Origin: Eledone cirrhosa
Taxonomy: Eukaryota
Direction of reading: 5' to 3'
DNA length: 64,000 nucleotides
Assembly: GCA_964016885.1 (NCBI GenBank)
Contig: OZ024741.1
Coordinates: 406,844,001 to 406,908,000 of the forward strand
Part shown: in pieces, positions 45,051-59,067 of the stretch
Position numbering within the stretch: the first letter of the stretch is position 1
How the letters are laid out: every line of letters begins with the position of its first letter
Notes under the pieces: generated by a model
Told to the model about the DNA's origin: nothing
The model's database searches: none
The model's input: only the letters and a program-made list of their open reading frames with translations
Made by a program: the position numbers and the translations under genes

Positions 45051-45512
45051 TATATATATATTATATTATATATATATATATATTATTCGTCTACGATTTC
45101 ACAGAACTTATGTTTACCGAATTCGCAGACCAGACCCCTTCTTCCTCCCGTTAGACCTGTGCGAAATTCCTTCCTTGCTCACACTTCAACCAGGTTTGAT
45201 GGTCTTTATTCTCTCGTTCACGATTTCACCGAACTTAAATTCATAGAAATCTGGGACTTGTCTCCTTCTTCCTCACTTTCTGTTGCTTCACCATTTTGTT
45301 TCTTTACCCTCGCGTCCCCTTTATTTACGTGTCCCAACGACTTTTTTTAGCCGTTGCTCGCACCAGCCGGAGGTATATGGTCTTTAAAGCGATGAAATGC
45401 CTATGATAGTTGGAAGATCACTGATGAAGGACAAACTTTTTTCATATGTAACCCATTTGCAACTCCGCAGCGCCCTTATTATCATATATATATTATATAT
45501 ATATATATATAT

Positions 45513-45692
<180 letters not shown>

Positions 45693-45967
45693 ATATAATA
45701 TATATATATATTATATATATACATATATATATATTATATATATATATATTATATATATATATATATATTATATATATACAAAAATCGGAATTAAGAGTAT
45801 TCCGCATAAAATTCCAATCCAGAGATTTGATTCTGATCTGGTTTTTTTCTTTTTAATTGCTTACCTGTAGATATTGTTCCCTATACAGTAACGGTAAAAT
45901 CACTTGTAATAATTCTTTACACACTTCTCACTGTGTAACACATTTCTCTTTGTGTAATATATACTTG

Positions 45968-46008
<41 letters not shown>

Positions 46009-46581
46009 TATATATATATATTATATATATATTATATATATATATATATTATATATATATATAATATATCTGAGTTCAAATCCCGCCGAGGTTGACTTAG
46101 CCTTTCATCCTTACGAGGTCGATAAAATAAAGTACCAGTAATGCACTGGGTAATTGCTGGCCGTGTGCCTAAAGTAGAAACAATTATATATATATATATA
46201 TATTATATATATATATTATATATATATATTATATATATATATATATATTATATATATATATTATATATATATATATTATATATATATATATTTCATTATA
46301 CATATTTCAAGGACACTAAGTTAAATTATGGTGCGCTTTCATCAGATAAAATATAATATAGATACGTTTTATAAATAAATATTGACATACCCTTAAAAAA
46401 TGCGATATTTCTGTTGGAATATGTATAATGAAATAAATATGGTTTTATAAATATAGTTTCCATTTATTAATATATCGTATTTTTACTCCAATAATTTGTG
46501 GAGTGCTTTATATCAGTTATAAAAATATTTGCTTGTTGTATCCCAACAATTTATATAGAACTTCTACATATATATATTATT

Positions 46582-46613
<32 letters not shown>

Positions 46614-46796
46614 ATATTTTATATATATATATACATATATATTATATATATATATATATTATATATATATATATATATTATATATATATATATGTATAAT
46701 ATATATATATATATTATATATATATATATTATATATATATATATATATTATATATATATATATTATATATACATATTATATATATATATATATATT

Positions 46797-48242
46797 AGGA
46801 AGAGTTTAGTGTAAAAGTTGGTGTACATCAGAGCTCTGTTCTTAGCCCCCTACTATTTATTATTGCCCTTCAGGCTATAACAGTGGAGTTCAAGACCGGC
46901 TGCCCATGGGAACTCCTATACGCAGATGATCTAACGCTCATAGCTGAATCAATGGCCGGGCTAGAGAAGAAATTCCAAACATGGAAGCATGGCCTAGAAT
47001 CAAAAGGGCTTAAAATTAACCTGGCTAAGACTAAAGTTCTAGTTTGTAGGAAAGAAAATAAGGCGACGGTCCCTTCCGGAAATGGCCATGCTCAGTGTGT
47101 AGGAAAGGCGTAGGTAGAAACTCCATTTTATGTCCAAATGCAAAGTAAGGGTGCATAAAAGATGTAGTGGGATCACAGGTAAGCTAACTAAGAACATAGA
47201 TTTTACATGTGGCCGGTGCTCAGGTGCAATAAGTAGCAGCAAGTGCCCACAGAATACTAGCTCATTCCATTGCACAGATGGTTCTATAGAAATAGTGGAC
47301 AGCTTCCGTTACCTGGGTGACAAAATCAGCAGTGGTGGAGGGTGCTCTGAAAGTACAGTAGCTAGAGTCAGAACTGGATGGAAAAAGTTCAGAGAGCTTA
47401 TACCACTACTGGCCACTAAAGGTTCTCCCTAAAAATGAAAGGCAGGTTGTATGATGCCTGCATACGAACAGCAATGTTGCATGGCAGTGAGACCTGGGCA
47501 TTGTGTGCAGAGGATATACGCAGACTAGAGAGGAACGTAATAGTAATATACGTGAACGGCAAAGCATAAGCGAACTAAGGAAAAAATTAGAAATAAGAGG
47601 GATCAGATGTTGTTTACTCCAGAGAAGGCTACGTTGGTATGGTCACGTGATGCGCATGAAAGACGACAGCTGTATAACAAAGTGCAGGGCAATAAAGATA
47701 GACGGTAGCTACGGAGTAGGCAGACCCAGAAAAACCTGGGACGAGCTGATAAGCTCCGACCTCACACACTTACACCTCACCAAGTCAATGTCACTGGACC
47801 GAGACCTTTGGCGGTACTCAGTAATAGAGAAGACCCGCCTTACCTAAATACAAAGTAAAACTACTACAGTCAGTAGGCATCTCTAACAAAATACACCCCC
47901 GTCCCACCACCTCCACCCCATCCACACTGCCCCTTTCAATGTAAAGTTATGTTGGTGCCACAACATCCAGGCCGAAACAAAGGAGATCGTGTAGGTGTCA
48001 CGACAAAAAACACACAGTCCACGCTGTAATGTGGCCGTGTAGGCAACACGGTAAAAACCTTCCAGCCCCACACTGTAAATGTGGTTGGTGTTAGGAAGGG
48101 CATCCAGCTGTAGAAAACCCGCCAGACAGTTCTATGCGAGCAAGACAATCACTCTTGCCTCAAGTCGGAAAACCCCCGTCCAAACCCATGCAAGCGTGGA
48201 ACACGGACGTTAAACGATGATGATGATGATGATGATGATGAT
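46797..48242 (+). mobile_element. RTE LINE 3' fragment
   Basis: Matches 10705 onward; YADD motif; frameshifts; (GAT)n tail. Confidence 0.9.
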
Positions 48243-48287
48243 ATTATATATATATTATATATATATATTATATATATATATATACAT

Positions 48288-48359
<72 letters not shown>

Positions 48360-48361
<2 letters not shown>

Positions 48362-49850
48362 GTAAATCTGTATTCCAATGTTACTAAGTAGTTGCATTGG
48401 ATGGAGTCAACCGACGTCGGAGATTGCTCAACGTATAATAAAGTGTGTTTTAAAATCCGGAGAAAATATGGAGAAGAAGTTTATGAAATGGAAATGCGGG
48501 TATAAAGAATTTATTAGGTAACAATTGTTTCTATAGTGTATGGGTAACCTATACCTCGCTATTTGAATAATATAAAAATATTATCATAACGTCGGTAAAC
48601 AAACTATTGAACAGCAAAATTGAACGTTCTCTATACTGTAACCATCGTTTGAAAACGACTTTTTCTTTTTTTAAACGCATATAATGTTACCTTTTTACAC
48701 CACCGTTTGCAAATTTCTGTTTTATATGTTTATACACAGGATATGGCTTTCTATAATAATAGTACTAAACACTGTTTTCTGGACCCCTTTAGAAATAACC
48801 TGCTACTATAATAGCACCAATAACTTGTCTGTAACTCTGTACCACTTTGACCCCTTTAACTAAATTTTGTCCGAACAACACCACTAGAAGAATTTACTTC
48901 CCCCGCCAACCCTAACACGCCTCATTAAGCTAACTGCTGCCAAAACATTCTCTCCTTACAATCTCTACTAGTCTGACAGTCTTAAATCCTAGGACTCCCT
49001 CCACCTTACTCACTTCCCTCTTCCCCTTCTCTTCCTACCTCCTTCTTTCTCTTTTATCTAGTGTATAAAATATTTTCATATCATTCCAATACAAAGGTCT
49101 GACGACATGGTGTGTTTGAAGGCACGGAAAATAGTGGGAGTGGTCGGAAAAGGGGGCAAGTATCCGAGGTCTAACATCACTGCTATAAAAAGCGGAGTCC
49201 GCCAAATCTATCATAGACTAGGGGAGGGGGTGGGGGTACTGAGGCTACAAGGGGCCAAAGGGCAGCCTCGGGTGGGCGAGAAAAGACGCCGATAAAGAAG
49301 AAGAACTGGGGTAGAAGGACTAAGGAGGGATGGGGGGAGGGGAAGAAGGAAATAAAGGAAGCGATAAAAGAATAAAAAGATCTTACGTCTCCCTTGGCAA
49401 GCAGGGGTTACTCATTGCAAAATCGACAAGTGGGGTGTTATAGCCCTAGTCTACCCCACCCCCGGGGTCATTATGGGGTTTGAGGGCGAGGTAAGTCCTA
49501 CGCAATCTATGTTTACATGCAGTAACCAGTTCATCTTTCTTGTTTAGGAGTTGGTTCGTCGAAAACAGCATTTGTAAAGTTTCCTCCGAGCATAGATTGC
49601 ACGGACGGCGTCCTCCCGTGTAAGAATTGGCTCTGGACAGTAATCTCCAAGTGAGATCATAGGTGATGTTGTTGTCCTTGAGGTCCCATATGTGGACCGA
49701 AAGTGTAGTGGCGTGACGCCGGGCCGGGTTTCGGAAGGTATGTCTATGTTGGTATAGCCGGGTCTTGAAGTCACATGCGGTTAGTCCTATATAAGCTTTG
49801 TTGGAGGTGTCCGTCCTCACGTTGCACTGGTAGATCACATTACGGTCTCT
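48360..49850 (-). mobile_element. PLE 3' fragment: GIY-YIG domain plus rearranged 3' UTR
   Basis: ORF 49446-49838 reads IYQC..AYIGLT..FKTRL..H..CNLC.EE..CKH. The composition switch near 49080 suggests 48570-49080 is inverted. Confidence 0.75.
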
Positions 49851-50005
49851 TCATATATATATATGCATGCTACTGTACGTCTGTATACATATATGTATGT
49901 ACGTATACATACATACTTACATTTAAGTAAGTGCCGTACTAAGAGTGAGAAATGAAATTTCGTTTTCATTTTATTACAACTTATATACATTACATTTACA
50001 TTTAT

Positions 50006-50065
<60 letters not shown>

Positions 50066-50098
50066 GTATATATATATATATATTATATATTATATATA

Positions 50099-50259
<161 letters not shown>

Positions 50260-50280
50260 ATATATATTATATATATATAT

Positions 50281-50312
<32 letters not shown>

Positions 50313-50321
50313 ATATATATA

Positions 50322-50366
<45 letters not shown>

Positions 50367-50425
50367 TATATATATATTATATATATATATATATATTATA
50401 AATATATATATATATATATATATAT

Positions 50426-52324
50426 TAGAAGTGGTACACAACAGTTAGTTCCCCATACCGAGAACAATTGTTTCACCTTCGCGGATCTTCAGCTCGGGAT
50501 GTGTATGGTTATAGGAACAGGAAGGACAACCATACGAACGCGCATGCGCAGAAACTCGGTCACTTCAGACAGGCAATACTAGACTGCGTGCGGGAGGTGT
50601 AAGGGAGATAACTGCGAAATTCCGGAAAGTTTTTAGGTTGAAAATAAAATAAAAAGAATTAAAAATAAAATTACGAAGAATCAGTCCGGTGCCTTGTAGC
50701 TATGCAATCGATGTTTGGTGACGTGTGGACAACGTGTGAAAAATTCACTTCTCGTGTTTAGGCAACCACTATTGCGTAATCTCTTTAGGATAGTTATTCG
50801 CTCGTCAATACATAAGCCACACGTCAGATTTCACCTTGCGTATGGCTTGGACTTAGAGATGGCTTTCCATTGAATGGAGTAGCCTATACTTGAGTCCTTG
50901 AGGGACCATACGTGGCTCGCGAGTTTCGTGGATGAACGTCTGTCCGGGTATCTGAACGTAGACTGGTGGTTCAGGAAACGCTCCTCTAATCGGCCCTCCG
51001 CCATGCCCACATAGGATTTGACCTCCTGTGGTTCGTTTGGTCGGTTGGAAGTGACCACAGCTTCATAGATTACAGCTGGTGTGTTGCATTGCTGTTGAAG
51101 GGGGCAAGCTTCAGGCTTACGGCAAGAGCACCCTGGTGGGGTGTTGCTCCTAGGGCTGCTGGTGATGTGGGCCTTCATGTTCTTAGCGCAGGAGTATGCT
51201 AGTTTAACTTTGTGTCGGTTAAAGATGGAGCAGTATTTATGACCTATGGGGAAGTGTCTATCTAAGAGGGCTAGAAATTTTTTTCCTACATTGGTTTTAA
51301 CGTTGAGTGAGAAGGGAGGAGAGAACCATATAGTTTGTCTATTAATGCGCTTACTTTTCTTAATGGTGTTGTTGCTAGTGGGAGAGTAAGTGATAGGTTG
51401 TGAGAAGCCGCTGTTAGCCAACGCCGTGTTATAGTAGGGTTCCGCCCTGTCAAAGATAGTCTTATTAGAGGAGAGGTTTGAGATTCTAGTACTGATATTC
51501 TTAACGAAGTTTCTAAAAACAGTGGGAGGGTGGCATGAGTCTTTGTGAATGTAATTAAGTTTCTCGTTTAGCTTATGGAAGGGTCTGTGCGTGTGTGTGC
51601 GAAGGTCTAAATTAATGTCTAAGAAATCTACGCTAGAGAGGTTGGTGGCTACAGTTATCCTAAGGCCTAACTCGTTGAAGGTAGAAGCTAAGTCTCTTTT
51701 AAACCGGTCGAGGTCGTGACCACTTTTATGGCTCGATAAGGTCAATCCATAGTCACGTTATATTCCCGTGTGGAAGTCCGGGAATCTAACACGTAATATC
51801 TCTAAGATAAAAAGGCGAACCAAGACGCATACATCAGCACTGTCGAACGATCCCATGGAGACGTCGAAAGATCACAAGGTAGACTTTACTTCTAACCCCA
51901 CATGTAGAATAATAAACCCCGCACGCACAGATATGGGACTAGTCAGTAAGGCCATACTTAGAAACATAGTTAAGACCATTAGGACCAAGTCCAACCTGCC
52001 CCAGTGAGAGAACAGCGACCCGTAATTAAGTGGTTTAACTCCTTAAAATCCCCAAAAACGAAGTTCACACAGTTTGACATTGTCGATTTTTAACCGTCGA
52101 TCTCAGAGATCCTGTTAAACAAAAACTTGGACTTCGCTACCACTTATACCACCGTCGATGGTTTAGACAGGGAAATCATCGCTCACTGCCGGAATACCCT
52201 CCTCTTCAACGACGGAATAGCCTGGGCAAAGAAGTCTACATCTTCAGACCTGTTCGACGTCTCCATGGGATCGTTTAACAGTGCTGACGTATATGACTTG
52301 GTTGGCCTTTTTATCTTAGACATA
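50426..52324 (-). mobile_element. Penelope-like element with internal 5' inversion
   Basis: Minus strand ~50700-51868 encodes late RT, thumb and GIY-YIG (VIYEA..YVGMA). Plus strand 51865-52324 encodes earlier RT (KDHK..QFDI..MGSFNSA). Confidence 0.9.
50458..50497 (-). ncRNA. Minimal hammerhead ribozyme
   Basis: ccgag-CTGAAGA-tccgcgaaggt-GAAAC-aatt-GTT-ctcgg. Confidence 0.85.
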
Positions 52325-52351
52325 TTTATATATATTATATATATATATAAT

Positions 52352-52394
<43 letters not shown>

Positions 52395-52414
52395 TATATA
52401 ATATATATTATATA

Positions 52415-52456
<42 letters not shown>

Positions 52457-52484
52457 ATATATAATATATATATATATATATAAT

Positions 52485-52527
<43 letters not shown>

Positions 52528-52648
52528 TATATAATATATATTATATATATATAATATATATATATAGTATATATAATATATATATATATAGTATATATAA
52601 TATATATATATATAGTATATATAATATATATATATATATATATATGTA

Positions 52649-52711
<63 letters not shown>

Positions 52712-52749
52712 ATATATATATATAATATATATATATAATATATATAATA

Positions 52750-52789
<40 letters not shown>

Positions 52790-52790
<1 letters not shown>

Positions 52791-52838
52791 TATGTATGTA
52801 TACGTACATACATATATGTATACAGACGTACAGTAGCA

Positions 52839-52896
<58 letters not shown>

Positions 52897-53327
52897 CAGG
52901 TACACATACATATATGCACGTATCAGTTTAGCGGACGCTTATTATCACACGCCGCTTTGTTCGTTTGTAAACAAACTGAACAGCCTGAATTTACGTCGTA
53001 CGGTGTTAAGGCAACCACGTCACCTTTTTGTTCAACACTGACACAGGAACGATGTACTAGTTTCAAGCTTGTTAGCTATCATCAGCACCGTATACCCTTC
53101 TGCCAGATAGTTGAACGTTCGAAAGTATATACTTTCCTTATGAAAATTAACGGCTGAGCAGCCTAATTTGCATATCGAGTGAGTTAAGTCGGTCAGGCAT
53201 ACCGAAAACGATAAGTTGAAATAAAATGAAAACGAAATTTCATTTCTCACTCTTAGTACGGCACTTACTTAAATGTAAGTATGTATGTATACGTACATAC
53301 ATATATGTATACAGACGTACAGTAGCA

Positions 53328-53375
<48 letters not shown>

Positions 53376-53585
53376 CAGGTACACATACATATATGCACGT
53401 ATCAGTTTAGCGGACGCTTATTATAACGCCGCTTTGTTCGTTTGTAAACAAACTGAACAGCCTGAATTTATGCCGTACGGTGTTAAGGCAACCACGTCAC
53501 CTTTTTGTTCAACACTGACACAGGAACGATGTACTAGTTTCTAGCTTGTTAGCTATCATCTGCATGTATATCATCTGCCTGTATG

Positions 53586-53645
<60 letters not shown>

Positions 53646-53757
53646 TGCTACTGTACGTCTGTATACATATATGTATGTACGTATACATACATACTTACAT
53701 TTAAGTAAGTGCCGTACTAAGAGTGAGAAATGAAATTTCGTTTTCATTTTATTTCAA

Positions 53758-53760
<3 letters not shown>
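52790..53760 (-). mobile_element. Retrozyme-like tandem HHR element, locus 2 (~477-nt unit); fragment also at 49853-49982
   Basis: HHRs at 53050-53090 (CTGATGA) and 53527-53565 (CAGATGA, mutated). Inverted segment at 53647-53760. Homologous to 37107-37845. Confidence 0.82.
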
Positions 53761-53804
<44 letters not shown>

Positions 53805-53810
53805 ATATAT

Positions 53811-54230
53811 AAGATCAAAAGATGGTTAAATGAGTTCCATGTATTTTATTATGCGCATTTCAAAAACAAATATCATCATGCAATAACATTTGTGTTTTCA
53901 TCAGATAGAATAGGAGGACATGATATGAAGGTTAAAAACACTTGTGGACAGTGCAGTTTTAAATTAACATATTGATATGTTGATTTAAAACTGTACTATC
54001 CACAAGTGCTTTTAACCTTCATATCATGTCCTCCTATTTTATCTGATGAAAACACAAATATTATTGCATGATGATATTCGTTTTTGAAATGCGCATAATA
54101 AAATACATGGAACTCATTTAACCATCTTTTGATCTTATGTATTATGTATACTCAAGTCCTACAAACTGTAGAGTGCTTCTTATCCGATATCTGCATTACT
54201 TTATTGTACTACAATAAAACTCACCTCCTA
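53811..54230. mobile_element. ~325-bp palindrome carrying HHRs on both strands, plus tail
   Basis: 53811-53970 is the reverse complement of 53975-54135. HHR(+) at 54035-54105: tattttat-CTGATGA-aaac..gttttt-GAAA-tgcgca-TA-ataaaata. HHR(-) at 53842-53912. Confidence 0.85.
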
Positions 54231-54250
54231 CATATATATATAATATATAT

Positions 54251-54297
<47 letters not shown>

Positions 54298-54454
54298 TAT
54301 ATAATATATTATATATATATATAATATATATATATATAATATATATATATATAATATATATATATATAATATATATATATAATATATATATATATAAATA
54401 TATAATATATATATATAATATATATATATATATTATATAATATATATATATTAT

Positions 54455-54486
<32 letters not shown>

Positions 54487-54520
54487 ATTTATATATATAT
54501 AATATATATATATATAATAT

Positions 54521-54554
<34 letters not shown>

Positions 54555-54607
54555 ATTTATATATATATAATATATATATATATATAATTTATATATATAT
54601 AATATAT

Positions 54608-54655
<48 letters not shown>

Positions 54656-54680
54656 ATATATATAATATATATATATATAT

Positions 54681-54713
<33 letters not shown>

Positions 54714-54753
54714 ATATATATAAAAATATATAATATATATATATATATAATAT

Positions 54754-54785
<32 letters not shown>

Positions 54786-54959
54786 ATATATATATATATA
54801 ATATATATATATATAATATATATATATAATATATATATATATAATATATATATATATATAATATATATATATATATATAATATATATATATAATATATAT
54901 ATATAATATATATATATAATATATATATATATATATAATATATAATATATATATATATA

Positions 54960-54992
<33 letters not shown>

Positions 54993-54993
<1 letters not shown>

Positions 54994-55611
54994 GTAGAAT
55001 AATCGAGAATCGAAATATTAGCCCACGAAATCACGATAAACAATATCCGACATGTGTGGCAGAGGGCTCAATAATTTGGATAAAACAGAGCTATAACTAT
55101 CGTTAAAATACCAACACATAGAGATTATGCCTAAAATCACCCGTGCAGCCGAAAAAGAACGACCAGGAAGATTCGGGTCACTCAAATAAAATATCAATAA
55201 ATTAATAAATTAAATGAATGTAAAACTTTCCCGCACCCGCTAGAAGGATGTTAAATCTAGCTTCTTGGGTTTCTGCAATTCCTTAATCCAATCACTATCA
55301 GCCACATAAAAAATATATATAAGACTTCTAGAGAAGGGGTGAACGCGGAAGAGCTTTATCAACGAGTTTTCGTGCAATAATACAGAGAGGACCTATAGCC
55401 AAAAACGCACATGGTAATCAGCAAGGGAGAGAACCTCTATATTAGCGAAAGAATCCGGTTGATGTGTAAATTATGTAAGAATACAAAATATCACATATCG
55501 AATCAGAGTGCTCAACAGACGTGTTAAAATAAACAAGAGCTATTCATCAGTCAATAAGATCGACAAAAAAATCATCAATAAAATTAACTGGTCAATAGCT
55601 AAGGTCTAGAG

Positions 55612-55613
<2 letters not shown>
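54993..55613. other. Unclassified ~620-bp island between TA tracts
   Basis: Complex sequence with no ORF and no second copy seen in the window. Confidence 0.4.
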
Positions 55614-55690
<77 letters not shown>

Positions 55691-55715
55691 ATATATATAT
55701 ATATATTATATATAT

Positions 55716-55905
<190 letters not shown>

Positions 55906-55993
55906 ATATATATATATATATTATATATATATATAATATATATATATATATTATATATATAATATATATATAATATATATCATATATATATAT

Positions 55994-56026
<33 letters not shown>

Positions 56027-56065
56027 ATATATATATATATAATAATATATATATATTATATATAT

Positions 56066-56149
<84 letters not shown>

Positions 56150-56168
56150 TATATATATATATATATAT

Positions 56169-56431
<263 letters not shown>

Positions 56432-56447
56432 TATATATATAATATAT

Positions 56448-58503
56448 GCAAAAGTTTTATTTAAAATTGTTGGGATACAACAAGTAAATATTTTATAACT
56501 GATATAAAGCACTCGACAAGTTTTGGGAGTAGATATACGATATTAAATAAATGGAAACTATATTTATAAAACCATATTTATTTCATTATACATATTTCAG
56601 GGATACCAAATTAAAATATGGTATGCCTTCATCAGACAAAATACAATATATAAACAGTTTTATAAATAATTTTGACGTACCCTATTAGAAGCGACCATTA
56701 CTTTTGGAAGCTGTCTGGATAGTGATATGTTTATAATTATTTTATTAGTTGTAGTGTTAAGCACGGTTAGAAAAAAGACGGAGAGCAAAGAAAAACGGAG
56801 ATAAAGAAGGAGAGAGAAAAAAGAAGGAGAGAGAGAAAAGGAAGATATATATAAAATAGATAGGAGGAAATGAAAAGAAAGAGAAAAGAAAGAAATAAGA
56901 AAGACAAAAGAAAGCAACAGAGAGATAATAATTCATCATACAGATAGAGAAACTCAAGAGAGAGGAAGTACTATATAGAGAGGGAGGATATAGTGACAAC
57001 TTTACGTCATGTCATATTAAGTTAAATTAACAATTCATATGAAATGGATAATAAAAATGTAAATATCAATATTCATGAATGAGACATAGATATATAAAAT
57101 GAGAAAATAATATTGTTCAATAATGACCATATGTTTAGTTTAAAATCTTGAGGTCAATATACCAAAATCTGAGTTAAAACCTTAAAAAATTACCCTATTT
57201 ATAAAATACGGATACACATATGTATATATATATGTACGTCTGAAAAAAGAGAAAATTGTCTACTCCAGTCAATAATATAGACATACAAATGATTTCACTT
57301 GATCACTTCTATACATTTCTTGTGTTATAAAATTTCACAGTATCTATACATAAAAATACGATTAATATTGATGTCCTCACATATATGATTACCGTTCATG
57401 TATTTAATATTATGCATATCTGCACCACACATCAACATATACACACACAACCATACATACACAAATATATGTATAAATAAACATCTGCGTGAGTTTTCCA
57501 GCATCGTTATGCATATATACAGACATATATACGAACACATAAATAAACTCTATAAACCTTTTATATGCATGTTAATACACACAAATGGCCTTTGTATAGA
57601 GATAATCAAATATCAATATATTAATACAGAAATATCAAAGCATTAAAAAATCTTTAACACACTATCTCAAGTTAAAAACAATATGTTTTATATATTTATT
57701 ATAGAAATCTATCCTACCTATATCTCAAACAAGATATTGCAAGGGTAGACATATGAAAGTTATTAGAAGCTATCAGGGTCAAAAAACAAAAATAATTTAA
57801 AAGATTTAGAAGACCCAGTGATTCTACGGATGACCTTATATTTAGTATAGGAATTTATCTTACGTAAATTTTATTTAATACATTGGGAGCATATACATTT
57901 TAGAGTAGTTTATTATATCCTTGTTTATATTTAGGAAGAAAGTTTAATAAACAAGGATATAATAAACTACTCTAAAATGTATATGCTCCCAATGTATTAA
58001 ATAAAATTTATCTCTCTGTTGCTTTTCTCTCTTTTTCTTATTTCTTCCTTTTTTCTTCTTTCTTCCTTTCCTCCTGTCTTTACTTATCTCTTTCTTTTTT
58101 TCTCCATGCATCTCTCTTTCTCCGATATTTCTCCACGTTTTTTCTTTCTCTCCGTCTTTTTCTTTCTCTCCGTCTTTTTCTAATTGTCCTTAACACTATG
58201 ACTTATTAAAGTAATATAAACAAATCACTATCCGGATGACTTCCAAAAACAATGGTTGCATTTTAATAGGGTACGTCAAAGCTTATTTGTAAAACTGTTA
58301 TATATTGTATTTTGTCTGATGAAGGCATACCATAATTTAATTTGGTATCCCTGAAATATGTATAATGAAATAAATATGGTTTTATAAATATAGTTTCCAT
58401 TTATTAATATCGTATATCCACTCCAAATACTTGTCGAGTGCTTTATAGCAGTTATAAAAATATTTACTTTTTGTATCCCAACAATTTTAAATAGAACTTT
58501 TGC
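56448..58503. mobile_element. Coding-free PLE derivative with ~480-bp inverted ends (family of 20221-24250)
   Basis: 56448-57950 parallels the 3' UTR at 20221-21900. 58010-58503 is a diverged inverted copy of the terminus. Internal palindrome at 57865-58010. Confidence 0.85.
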
Positions 58504-58744
58504 ATATATATTATATATATATATATTATATATATATATTATATATATATATATTATATATTATATATATTATATATTATATATATATTATATATATATT
58601 ATATATTATATATATATATATTATATATATATATATTATATATATATATATTATATATATATATTATATATATATATTATATATATATATATATTATATA
58701 TATATATATATTATATATATATATATATATAATATATTATATAT

Positions 58745-58788
<44 letters not shown>

Positions 58789-58792
58789 ATAT

Positions 58793-59001
<209 letters not shown>

Positions 59002-59013
59002 ATTATATATATA

Positions 59014-59056
<43 letters not shown>

Positions 59057-59067
59057 ATTATATATAT

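Noticed and set aside
48517-48560. HHR halves at 48517, 9555, 12745 and 43277
   Set aside because: GAAA plus a palindrome is present, but there is no convincing CTGAnGA core or stem I.
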